Origin: Euzebyales bacterium
Lineage (GTDB): Bacteria; Actinomycetota; Nitriliruptoria; Euzebyales; JAHELV01
Reading direction: 5' to 3'
Assembly: GCA_036374135.1 (NCBI GenBank)
Contig: DASUUK010000094.1
Span: 156-64,155, forward strand
Length of the DNA stretch: 64,000 bases
Under the pieces are notes generated by a model. It searched no databases, was not told the origin of the DNA, and worked only from the letters and a program-made list of their open reading frames with translations. Numbering within the stretch: the stretch's first letter is position 1; each line of letters begins with the position of its first letter. Of this stretch, positions 53,218-62,700 are shown one piece after another. Made by a program: the position numbers and the translations under genes.

Positions 53218-53639
53218 GCGTCGGGTATCAGATCGTCGTCGACTGCCACGACCCGCATCGGCTGGCCGCGTTCTGGGCCGCCGCCATGGACCTGGAGGTG
53301 GAGGATCACGACGCCCAGGTCCGGCACGTGCTCGACCAGGGCCACCTGCCGGCCGACAGCGATGCGTACGTCGAGCACGAGGGCCGCCTGCGGTGGCGTG
53401 CGTTCGCCGCGTGCAGTGGGGACGGTGGTCGGACGCGGCTGCTGTTCCAGGTCGTCGACGACCCCACGGAGGGCAAGAACCGCGTGCACCTGGATCTGCG
53501 TGCCGGCGATGACCGCAGGGACGCGGAGGTGGCGCGGCTCGAGCAGCTCGGCGCGACCCGGCTGTGGGAGGGACAGCAGGGACCGCTGCGTTGGGTGACG
53601 ATGGCCGACCCGGAGGGCAACGAGTTCTGCGTCGGCTGA
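53214..53639 (+). CDS. VOC/glyoxalase-like domain protein
   Basis: ATG 53214 overlaps the DinB stop (ATGA), 141 aa. YQIVVDCHDPHRLAAFWAAAMD...KNRVHLDL...WVTMADPEGNEFCV. Confidence 0.8.
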   Translation: MSVGYQIVVDCHDPHRLAAFWAAAMDLEVEDHDAQVRHVLDQGHLPADSDAYVEHEGRLRWRAFAACSGDGGRTRLLFQVVDDPTEGKNRVHLDLRAGDDRRDAEVARLEQLGATRLWEGQQGPLRWVTMADPEGNEFCVG

Positions 53640-53658
53640 CCCGGCGGAGACCGAGCGG

Positions 53659-54099
53659 TCAGTCGCCGCCGGTGTCGGGCAGGGTGAGGCTGCCATCGTC
53701 GCCGAGCGGCCAGAACGGGTTCATGGCCACCTCCCACACGTGTCCGTCGGGATCGGCCCAGTAGCCCGAGTAGCCGCCCCAGAGGACTTCTTCGGGGTCC
53801 TTCAGGCGGGTGCCGCCAGCGGCCAGGGCGGCCTCGTAGGCCGCATCGACCTCGGCGGTCGTCGAGAAGTTCTGAGCCAGTGCGACCGCGCCGGTGCCCA
53901 GCGCCGCGCGCGGCCGTCCCTGGTCCTCGGCGAGCGCCTCGAGGCTGAACAGCCCGAGCACCGCCCCGTGCATCTGGAAGAACGCGACCTCGTCCTGGCT
54001 CTGGTCGTGCTCGCGCCATCCGAGAGCGGCATAGAAGGCACGTGCGCGGGCGAGGTCGGCGACGCCGAGGGTGATCAGGGTGACACGTTGCGGGGTCAT
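53659..54099 (-). CDS. VOC (glyoxalase) family protein
   Basis: Inner ATG of ORF 53659..54201, 146 aa. VTLITLGVADLARARAFYAALGW...GYSGYWADPDGHVWEVAMNP. Confidence 0.85.
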   Translation of the reverse strand: MTPQRVTLITLGVADLARARAFYAALGWREHDQSQDEVAFFQMHGAVLGLFSLEALAEDQGRPRAALGTGAVALAQNFSTTAEVDAAYEAALAAGGTRLKDPEEVLWGGYSGYWADPDGHVWEVAMNPFWPLGDDGSLTLPDTGGD

Positions 54100-54326
54100 G
54101 GTTGATCCTGTGGGTGGGTCGACGGCGTGCAGCGTAGTCGTGTCGTATGCGGCTCCGCGCACCGTGGTGTACCGCCCCGCCGATGCGTCTACCGGTGACA
54201 CGCTGCCGCAGCGAGCCGGGCCGGGTGCTCTGTGCTGGTGTCAGTCCGACCGACTCCAGCTCGTGGATCGACTGGCCCGACCGGTACCCGTGGCGGCCGG
54301 ACTGACACCCGGCGTAGCATGCAGGC

Positions 54327-54695
54327 ATGGCTGCGGCACCGCCGACGATCACCGGCCACGCCTGGGGGCGCGTCACTGTCGACGGTCGGACCTACAAGGA
54401 CGTCATGCTCATGCCCGGCCGCGCCCGCGCGTGGGACTGGAACCGGACCGGCACGTCGCACGGCGACGGTGTGCAGCCCGCCGACGTGACCGTGCTGCTC
54501 GACCACGGCGCGCGGCACGTCGTGCTGTCGCAGGGTCGGCACGGCCGTCTCCAGATCCACGCCGACACGCTCACGCTGCTCGCCGACCGCGGCGTCACCT
54601 ACGACGTGCTGATGACCGACGACGCGGTCGAACGCTACGAACAGCTGCGGGCGGCCGGCGAGGCGGTCGGTGCGCTGCTGCACACCACCTGCTGA
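54327..54695 (+). CDS. Mth938-like (DUF498/NDUFAF3-like) domain protein
   Basis: 122 aa. ITGHAWGRVTVDGRTYKDVMLMPG...W.W...H....ADV..LLDHGARHVVLSQG matches my recollection of the Mth938 family pattern. Moderate certainty. Confidence 0.65.
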   Translation: MAAAPPTITGHAWGRVTVDGRTYKDVMLMPGRARAWDWNRTGTSHGDGVQPADVTVLLDHGARHVVLSQGRHGRLQIHADTLTLLADRGVTYDVLMTDDAVERYEQLRAAGEAVGALLHTTC

Positions 54696-54798
54696 TCACC
54701 ACGCCCATCCACGGAGACGCTGAGGTGCCCGATCACGGCCGGCCGCGCCCCCACCGCACCAGCGCCTCCGGGCCGGTCCCGCCCCGAACGGCGACAGC

Positions 54799-55581
54799 GT
54801 GAGCGCCGACGCCGACCCGTGGGCGGCGCTGGCACCGGCGTTCGTCGACCGGCACTACGCCACGGCGCGCGGACGCACACGCACGCGTGTGATCGACGCC
54901 CACCTGCGGTGGCACCTGCCCGAGCCTCCCGCGCCGCTCGTCGACATCGGGGGCGGTGCGGGCACCCAGTCGCTGCCGCTGGCCCGACGGGGGCACCCGG
55001 TGACCATCGTGGACCCGTCGGAGGCCATGCTCGGACGTGCCCGGGCGGCCCTGGCCCGTGAGCCCGGCGCCGTCGCGGCGCGGGTCGAACTGATCCGAGC
55101 GACGGGCGTCGATGCCGTCGAGCTGCTCGGCGCGGGCCGGTACGCGGGCGTGCTGTGCCACGGGGTCATCTCCTACGTCGACGACCCCGCGCCGTTCGTC
55201 GCCGCGCTGTGCGCGCTCGTCCGGCCTGCCGGGGTCGTGTCGATCCTCGCCAAGAACGCCGCCACGATGGCCGTCCGCCCCGCCTTCGAGGGCCGCTGGC
55301 GCGACGCGCTGCGTAGCTTCGACGCCCGCGGTGAGATCAACGCGCTGGGCGTGGCGACGCGCGGTGACACCGTCGACGGGATCGCCGCGCTGATGGCCGC
55401 CCACGAGGTGCGGATGATCGACTGGTACGGCGTGCGGGTGTTCGTCGAGGCGTGGCCCGGCGACAGCGAGATCCCCGGGGACATCGACGACATCGTCGCC
55501 GTCGAGCTCGAGGCGAGCCGGCGCGAGCCGTACCGCCGCCTCAGCCGTCTGTTCCACGTCCTCGGCCGCCGGTCCGGATGA
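54799..55581 (+). CDS. Class I SAM-dependent methyltransferase
   Basis: 260 aa. Motif I LVDIGGGAGTQSLPLARRGHPVTIVDPSEAML, motif II GVLCHGVISYV, motif III VRPAGVVSIL. Confidence 0.8.
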   Translation: MSADADPWAALAPAFVDRHYATARGRTRTRVIDAHLRWHLPEPPAPLVDIGGGAGTQSLPLARRGHPVTIVDPSEAMLGRARAALAREPGAVAARVELIRATGVDAVELLGAGRYAGVLCHGVISYVDDPAPFVAALCALVRPAGVVSILAKNAATMAVRPAFEGRWRDALRSFDARGEINALGVATRGDTVDGIAALMAAHEVRMIDWYGVRVFVEAWPGDSEIPGDIDDIVAVELEASRREPYRRLSRLFHVLGRRSG

Positions 55582-55689
55582 CGACGGCATGCGCGGCGGA
55601 CCGCATCGGTTGACGTCGACAGCGTGCGATTGCGCTGGCGCCGCCCGATGCGTGGTTACCGGCATGCGGAAAGGGGGCATGGCACAACC

Positions 55690-56736
55690 ATGCGAATCGT
55701 CATGCTCATGGGCGGCGCCAACACCGAACGCGATGTGTCACTGGCGTCGGGCATCGAGGTTGCCAGCGCCCTGCGGGCGGCCGGGCACGAGGTCGCCAAC
55801 GTCGACCTCGCCACCGAGGTTGACGTCAGCAATGGCGTCGACGAGTTGTTCGTCTCGACGGATCCGCACGGGTGGGAACCCGACGTCCACCGCGAGCCAC
55901 CCACGCACGACGAGATCGCGGAGCTGCGCGACCGGTATCCGCACACGGTGTTCGCACCCGGCGTGCTCGACGTCTGCCGGGCCGCCGACCTCGTGTATCC
56001 GCTGGTGTACAGCGACGAGGGCGAAGGTGGATACATCCAGGCTGTGCTGGAGCTGTGCGACATCCCCTACGTCGGCCCCACGCCGCTCGGATGCTCGATC
56101 TCCTTTGACAAGCTGACGGCCAAGCGGTTGTGCCGCGACAGTGGGCTGGCCACACCGGAGTGGCGGGTCGTCCGCGATGACGACGACGTGGATGTCGTGG
56201 ACTTCGACGGTCCGTGGGTGGTCAAGCCGGTTCGTGGCGGCTCGACGATCGGGGTGACGCTGGCCAGCGACCGCAGTGAGCTGCACGAAGCGGTGGCGTC
56301 GAGCCGAGAATACGGCGCCGACGCGCTGGTCGAGGAGCGCATCGACGGGCGCGAGTTCAGCCTGGGCGTCATCGGTGAGGAGGCACTGGCGGTGGTCGAG
56401 ATCAGCACCGACCGCGAGCTGTTCGACTACGTGGCCAAGTACCAGGAGGGCAAGGCGGACGAGGTGTGCCCGGCGCCGCAGGCCGACGCGGAGCGCGACG
56501 AGCTCCAGGCTCTGGCGGTGCGGGCGCACGACGTGCTGGTCCAAGGAGACCACTCGGCGTCACGCATGGACTTCCTGCAGGACGGCGACGGACGCTTCTA
56601 CTTCCTGGAGTGCAACGGCCTGCCGGGCATGACCTCGACGAGCCTGTTCCCCAAGTCGGCGATGGGTGCGGGCATGGATCTGTCGCAGGTCTGTGACCGC
56701 ATCGCCCAGCTGGCGTACGAGGCACGCGTCGGCTGA
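55690..56736 (+). CDS. ddl: D-alanine--D-alanine ligase family protein (divergent N-domain)
   Basis: Inner ATG of ORF 55624..56736, 348 aa. MRIVMLMGGANTERDVSLASG, IPYVGP, FDKLTAKRL, VVKPVRGGSTIG, FDYVAKY, SRMDFL...FYFLECNGLPGMTSTSLFP. The usual HG..GEDG is YSDEGEGG here, and there is an insertion of about 40-45 aa ahead of it. Confidence 0.8.
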   Translation: MRIVMLMGGANTERDVSLASGIEVASALRAAGHEVANVDLATEVDVSNGVDELFVSTDPHGWEPDVHREPPTHDEIAELRDRYPHTVFAPGVLDVCRAADLVYPLVYSDEGEGGYIQAVLELCDIPYVGPTPLGCSISFDKLTAKRLCRDSGLATPEWRVVRDDDDVDVVDFDGPWVVKPVRGGSTIGVTLASDRSELHEAVASSREYGADALVEERIDGREFSLGVIGEEALAVVEISTDRELFDYVAKYQEGKADEVCPAPQADAERDELQALAVRAHDVLVQGDHSASRMDFLQDGDGRFYFLECNGLPGMTSTSLFPKSAMGAGMDLSQVCDRIAQLAYEARVG

Positions 56737-56913
56737 GCGCGGGTCTTCGCGCGATCCGCGTGTGACCACTACGCTGCTCGTGTCGCGCCGGTCGTCAGCC
56801 CGAGCGCGGGTCCGTCCTTCCGGGAGGTTGAGCGCGTGGACGGCCGGAACGCCCCGACGACGTCGGCTGCCTCCGCACGGCACGTGCTGCAGTCCGTCCC
56901 ACCCACGGGTTCC

Positions 56914-58392
56914 ATGCGCGTGGCCATCGCGGGTATATCCCACGAGAGCAACACATACGCGGTCGAGGCGTCCGGGCTGACGTTCGCCGACTGGTTCGAG
57001 TGCTTCCGCGGCGACGAGATCATCGCGCGCTACCGCGATACCGCGACCTACATCGGCGGCATGGTCGACGGGCTGGCGGCGCTGGGCGCGGTGGCCGTTC
57101 CGACGTTCTTCGCCATCGGCGAGCCGTCGGGCACCATCCGCGCCGCGGCGTACGAGCACCTGCGCGACGAGCTGCTGAGTCGCCTGCGTGCCGTCCTGCC
57201 GGTCGACGCCGTCGCACTCGAGCTGCACGGCGCCGGGGTCACCGAGACGACCGATGATCTCGAGGGCGATCTGCTCGCGCACGTTCGGGCGCTGGTCGGC
57301 ACCACGACGCCGATCGTCGTGACGCTGGACCTGCACGCCAACGTGACCGACCGCATGGCGGAGCACGCCGACGTTCTGCTGGGCGTGCGCCTCAACCCCC
57401 ACACCGACATGCACGATCGTGGCGTGGAGGCCGTCGAGCTGGTGCCCGGGCTCCTGCGGGGTGACATGCAGCCGACGGCCCACGTCGAGCGCCTGCCGAT
57501 GCTGCTGCCGCTGACGACGACCGACACTGGCCCGGCCGCGGACGTCAACGCGCGCTGCGCCGAGGTCGAGCGACGCCCGGGGATCATCGACTGTACCTTC
57601 TTCCACGGGTTCCCGTACGCCGACGGGTTCGACGTCGGCGCGCGGATCGTGTGCACGACCGACGACGCGGCCGAGCTCGCGAGGGACGCGGCGCGCGAGG
57701 TCGCCGCCCACGTGTGGGAACGTCGCGAGGACTTCCGGTCTGCGGGGCTGTCGCCGCCGGAGGCCGTGGCCGCCGCACTCGAGATCCCCGACGGGCCGGT
57801 GGTCATCAACGACACCGCCGACAACCCGGGGGGTGGGACCATGGGTGACGACGTCCAGCTGTTGCAGGCGCTGCTGGACCACCGGGTGGAGCGCGCCTGC
57901 TTCGGGTTCATCTGTGACGCCGAGACCGCCGCGCAGGCCCACCAGGCGGGGGTCGGGTCGACCATCGACGTCAAGCTCGGTGGCAAGAGCGACCGGCGGA
58001 TCCGGTCTCCGCTCGCGGCGACCGCCTACGTCAAGGGGTTGACCGACGGCCGGTTCCGGCTGTCGTTCTACGCGCCCGGCCTGCAGGTCGATCTGGGTCG
58101 CACGGCGCGGCTGCGCATCGACGGTGTGGACGTCATCGTCGTGTCGCGCGTGCAGCAGACGTTCGATCCCGAGGTGTTCCTGTTGCACGGCGTCGACGTC
58201 ACGCGGTGCCGCGTGATCGCGCTGAAGTCCAGCCACCACTTCCGTGCCGGGTTCCGCGATCTGGCCACCGCGATCATCACCGCCGACAGCGAGTCGGGCC
58301 TGACGACGCAACGCATCGAGCGGCTGCGCCGCCGGGCGGGCATGCTGCCGACGTGGCCGATCGACGTGACGGCCAGGTACGGCGACGGCTGA
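56914..58392 (+). CDS. M81 family metallopeptidase (MlrC/microcystinase C-like)
   Basis: Inner ATG of ORF 56836..58392, 492 aa. MRVAIAGISHESNTY, LELHGAG, TLDLHAN, FHGFPYAD, INDTADNPGGG, ALKSSHHFRAGF: N- and C-terminal MlrC domain blocks. Confidence 0.9.
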   Translation: MRVAIAGISHESNTYAVEASGLTFADWFECFRGDEIIARYRDTATYIGGMVDGLAALGAVAVPTFFAIGEPSGTIRAAAYEHLRDELLSRLRAVLPVDAVALELHGAGVTETTDDLEGDLLAHVRALVGTTTPIVVTLDLHANVTDRMAEHADVLLGVRLNPHTDMHDRGVEAVELVPGLLRGDMQPTAHVERLPMLLPLTTTDTGPAADVNARCAEVERRPGIIDCTFFHGFPYADGFDVGARIVCTTDDAAELARDAAREVAAHVWERREDFRSAGLSPPEAVAAALEIPDGPVVINDTADNPGGGTMGDDVQLLQALLDHRVERACFGFICDAETAAQAHQAGVGSTIDVKLGGKSDRRIRSPLAATAYVKGLTDGRFRLSFYAPGLQVDLGRTARLRIDGVDVIVVSRVQQTFDPEVFLLHGVDVTRCRVIALKSSHHFRAGFRDLATAIITADSESGLTTQRIERLRRRAGMLPTWPIDVTARYGDG

Positions 58393-58451
58393 GGGTCGAT
58401 TCAGGGACCTCCCCGACATCGGCGGCCGCCATGGCCGTCTACCGTGGTGGC

Positions 58452-59036
58452 ATGGAGAACATGCGCCACGAGACGAGGCCGTGCGCCCACTGCGGCGGGA
58501 TCATCGCACCCGACGACACGACGTGCGCGACGTGCGGCCGACCGTACATCCCGGACGCGTCGGCGACCGACGACGCGTCGTCGCCGGCCGCTGACGGCAC
58601 GGCGAGCGCTGACGTGCCACCCCCACCCAGCGACGTCGCGATGTCGTCTGCGCCGCCACCGCCGGCGGCGGCGATCACCGACGAGTCGCGGATGTGGGCG
58701 ATGGGTGCGCACCTCAGCGCGCTCGCCGGCGTGCTGCTCGGTGGTCTGCCGGCGTTCCTCGGGCCGCTCGTCGTCTGGCTGCTGCGTCGCGACGAGCACG
58801 ATCCGTTCGCGGCCGCCCATGCGCGCGAGGCGCTCAACTTCAACATCTCGGTGATCATGTACGCGGTCGTGGGCGTGCTGGTCACGATCCTGACGTTGGG
58901 GCTGGCGCTGCTGATTGTCGTCCCGGTGGGCATCATCCTGTTCATCCTCTACCTCGTCGTCACGGTACGGGGCGCGATCGCGGCATCCCGCAGCGAGTAC
59001 TACGACTATCCGCTGACCATCCGGCTGGTCCGCTGA
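58452..59036 (+). CDS. Zinc-ribbon + DUF4870 membrane protein
   Basis: Inner ATG of ORF 58206..59036 (alternative 58431). CAHCGG...CATCG ribbon, Pro/Ala linker, then ESRMWAMGAHLSALAG...PLVVWLLRRDEHDPFAAAHAREALNFNIS and two further TMs, typical of DUF4870. Confidence 0.75.
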   Translation: MENMRHETRPCAHCGGIIAPDDTTCATCGRPYIPDASATDDASSPAADGTASADVPPPPSDVAMSSAPPPPAAAITDESRMWAMGAHLSALAGVLLGGLPAFLGPLVVWLLRRDEHDPFAAAHAREALNFNISVIMYAVVGVLVTILTLGLALLIVVPVGIILFILYLVVTVRGAIAASRSEYYDYPLTIRLVR

Positions 59037-59097
59037 CGGAGACCGCCGACGAACGGTGACAGCGCACCGCCCCCGCTTGTGAAGCGGGCAACAATCT

Positions 59098-59121
59098 GTA
59101 CACGCGTCTAGACACGTGTAC
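59098..59121. promoter_or_regulatory. 24-bp near-perfect palindrome, candidate TetR operator
   Basis: GTACACGCGTCTAGACACGTGTAC (one mismatched pair, centre CTAG) lies 13 nt upstream of the tetR ATG and overlaps the track ORF's GTG at 59116. Confidence 0.6.
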
Positions 59122-59133
59122 GGTGGTGCGCCG

Positions 59134-59766
59134 ATGAGCAGCGTCACGCCCCAGGAAGAGACCCGCGATCGCCTGATCGCCGCCGCGCGCGCGGTGATCG
59201 ACCGGTCGGGACTGCGGGGCGCCCGCATGGAGGACATCGCGGCCGAGGCCGGGGTCAGCCGCGCCGCCGTCTACTACCACTTCTCGAGCAAGGACGCGCT
59301 CGCGGCGGCACTCGTCGACGACATCTTCCGCGGACTCGTCGCGACCGTGCGCACCGCGCTGTCCGACGGACCAGTCGACCAGGTCGTCCGCGCATCGGCC
59401 GCGTTCTTCAAGGACCAGGTCGCGCTGGCCCGCCTGCTGCTCACCGAGATGCCCACACCGGTCGAGCCCGAGCACATCATGGGCCGCCACCGTGACGAAC
59501 TGCTCGGCATGTTGCGTGAACGACTCCGGACCGACATGCGCGACGGTCGCGTGCGTCGCTGCGACGTCGACGTCGCGGCCGCCGCGCTCGCCGGACTGAT
59601 GCGCGTGGCTCCGTTCGAGATGCTGGCCGGCAGCCAGCTCGACCTCACGTACCTCACCGATGAGCTGTGCGCGTTCGTCCGTCACGCGCTCGCGCCACCG
59701 GACCGGGCCGTCGGGGAGCCCTCGGACGCCGGGGCCGACCCCGACCCGACACCAGCAGGGAGCTGA
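59134..59766 (+). CDS. TetR family transcriptional regulator
   Basis: ATG 59134 within ORF 59116..59766, 210 aa. RDRLIAAARAVIDRSGLRGARMEDIAAEAGVSRAAVYYHFSSKDAL HTH. Its stop lies 5 nt before the RND gene start. Confidence 0.9.
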   Translation: MSSVTPQEETRDRLIAAARAVIDRSGLRGARMEDIAAEAGVSRAAVYYHFSSKDALAAALVDDIFRGLVATVRTALSDGPVDQVVRASAAFFKDQVALARLLLTEMPTPVEPEHIMGRHRDELLGMLRERLRTDMRDGRVRRCDVDVAAAALAGLMRVAPFEMLAGSQLDLTYLTDELCAFVRHALAPPDRAVGEPSDAGADPDPTPAGS

Positions 59767-59771
59767 ACACC

Positions 59772-62700
59772 GTGCGCACGTTCACCCGCCTCGCCCTCGA
59801 GCATCGGACCGTTACGCTCCTGGGCATCGTCCTCGTGCTCGTGGCAAGCGTGGGCGCGGCCTTCGGGCTGCGCCAGGAGCTCTTCCCGTCGATCCAGCCG
59901 CCGTACCTCGTGACGGTCGCCACCCAGCCAGGCGCCGGGCCGGTGTCGGTCGTCGACAACCTCACCGAGCCCATCGAGGATGCGATCGAGTCGACGGCGT
60001 CGCTCGAGCAGGTGGCATCGACCAGCCTCGAGGGCGTCAGTGTGACGTTCGCCGAGTACACCTACGGCACCGACATCGAAGAGCGTGAGCGTGAGGTCCG
60101 CGACGCGGTGGCGACCGCCGACCTGCCCGCCGGCGTCGACGCGCCACAGGTCACGTCCGTCACACCGGACGCGCTGCCGATCTACTCCGTCGCGCTGACG
60201 GGCGAGAACATCGGCGAGGTCACCCAGATCGCGCGGGACGACCTCGTGCCCGAGCTCGAAGGCCTGGAGGGCGTCGCGGAAGCCACGCTCAACGGCGCCG
60301 GTGCCCGGATCGTCGAGGTCACGCTCGACCCGAAGCGGCTGGCCGACAACGGTCTGACGGGCAACGACGTCGTCACCGCCATCAACGATGCGGACCTCTC
60401 GTCCCCCGTCGGCGCCGTCACTGACGGCGACACGACACTGCCGGTCCGGGTCGTCGGTGCCAACATCGACGTCGCGGCGATCCGCGACATCGAGATCGTG
60501 CCGAACGCCGCCGCGGCGCAGGGCGCGGATGCCTCCGCCCAGGCGGATGGCGGTCAGGCACCCGGTGCCGCCCCGCAGAGCGACGGCGCGGCGTCCGGTC
60601 AGGCGCCGGTCGGGGATCCGGCCGTGGCAGCGCCGCGGCCCGAGCCTGTGCGGATCGCGCAGCTCGGCGAGGTCACGACCACGCGTGGCGACACCGAGAC
60701 CATCTCCCGGCTCGACGGTCGGCAGGCGGTCACACTGCAGATCCGCAAGGAGCAGGACGCCAACACGGTCGAAACCGTCGAGCGCATCGAGCAGGCCGTC
60801 GAGGACGTCGACCTGCCCACGTCGGTCGACACCGAGGTCATCGTCAACCAGTCGCCCGAGATCACCGACGGCGTGAGCGACGTCACCCGGGACGCCGTCA
60901 TCGGCGCCGTCCTCGCGCTGCTCATGATCATCATCTTCCTGCGCAGTTGGCGCGGCACGATCGTGGCGGGAATCTCGATCCCGCTGTCGTTGATCGCTGC
61001 GCTCGGCCTGATGCGGTTGACGGGCGTCACGATCAACATCCTCACGTTGGGCGCGCTCGCGATCGCCGCGGGACGGGTGGTCGACGACGCGATCGTCGTG
61101 CTCGAGAACATCTACCGCCAGCTCGAGCGCGGCCTGCCACTGCGGGAGGCCGTGCGCGTCGGCGCCAGCGAGGTCACCGGCGCCGTGACGTCGGCCACGC
61201 TCACGGCCGTCGCCGTGTTCGTGCCGCTGGCGTTCATCTCGGGCCTCGTCGGCGAGATCTTCATCGGCTTCGCGCTGACGACGACGTTCGCGCTCCTGGC
61301 CAGCCTGCTGGTCGCGACGACCGTCGTGCCGGTCGTCGGCTCGCTGCTGCTGCGTCGCGCGGAGGCCGACAAGGCCGATCCCGAGAACTCGCCGCTGCGT
61401 CGCATGGTGCGCCGGCCGCTGACGTGGGCGCTGGACCACAGAGCGCTGACGTTGACCATCGCCGTCGTCCTGCTCGGTGGGAGCATCGCCAGCCTGAGCC
61501 AGGTGCCGACCAACCTGTTCCCCACCGCCGATGCCGAGAACCTGGTGATCACGGTCGATGCCGATCAGGGAACGTCGCTGGAAGCGACGGGCGAGGAGGT
61601 CGCGCCGCTCGAGGACCGACTCGAGCGCGTGGACGGCGTCGACAGCTACACCACCGTGGTCGGTTCGTCCACCGACGGCGTGTCGGCCGCGTTCGGCGGT
61701 GGTGGAGGCGACTCGACGGCGACGATCACCGTCGACGTCGAGGACGGCACCGACACCGCGGAGCTCCGCGACGAGGTCAGCGCGGAGCTCGACGACCTCG
61801 GCCTCACCGGTTCGGTGACCGAGCAGTCCGCCATCCCCACCGGCAGCGAGGCCGTCGTGCAGATCAGCGGTGACGACTTCGAGGCGGTCAGCGCGACCGC
61901 GGACGAGGTCGAGGCCGAACTGGAGGCCGTGGACGGGCTCGCGAACCTCTCGTCGAACGTCACCGAGGCCCGCCCCGAGCTGACCGTCGACGTCCGTGAG
62001 GACGACGCCCGTGCGTCCGGTCTGAGCACGGGCGCGGTCGCCGGTCTGCTGGCCGGCACCCTCAACGCCACGACCGCGACGACGGTCGACCTCGACAGCG
62101 GTGAGCGCGACGTGCTCGTGCAGATCGATCCCGAGGCGGTCGACAGTGCACAGGAGCTACGCGACCTGCCGTTGCCGACCGGTCAGACCCTGGGCGACAT
62201 CGCCGACGTCGAGGAGGCCGACAGCCCGGTGGCGGTCACACGGGCCGACGGCACACGGTCGGCCGAGGTCAGCGCGACGATCACCGATGAGAACATCGGT
62301 CAGGTCACCACTGAGATCAACACCGCGCTCGATGACCTCGATTCACCCGACGGTGTCGACGTCACCCAGATCGGCAGCAACCAGGAGATCGGCGAGAGCT
62401 TCCAGGACCTGTTCGTCACGCAGGCGATCGCCGTGGGCCTGGTCTACCTGGTGCTGGTCGCCACGTTCGGCAGCCTGCTCACGCCGTTCGTCATCCTGCT
62501 GACCCTGCCGCTCGCCGCGATCGGCGCGTTCCCCGCGTTGGCCATCACGGGCCGCGAGCTCGGTCTCCCGGCGATGATCGGCCTGCTGATGCTCATCGGC
62601 ATCGTCATCACGAACGCGATCGTCCTGCTCGAGTTCGTCGAGCAACGCCGCGCGGCGGGCATGACGCTGCGGGAGGCCGTGATCGACGGCGCGGAGACCC

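Noticed and set aside
51571-53639. WYL-domain regulator as a possible marker of a phage-defence or DNA-damage island.
   Set aside because: Its neighbours are a DinB-family protein and VOC/glyoxalase genes. No nuclease, helicase, methyltransferase-restriction, Cas, or toxin-like genes are nearby. This YafY-type regulator + DinB/glyoxalase arrangement is commonplace.
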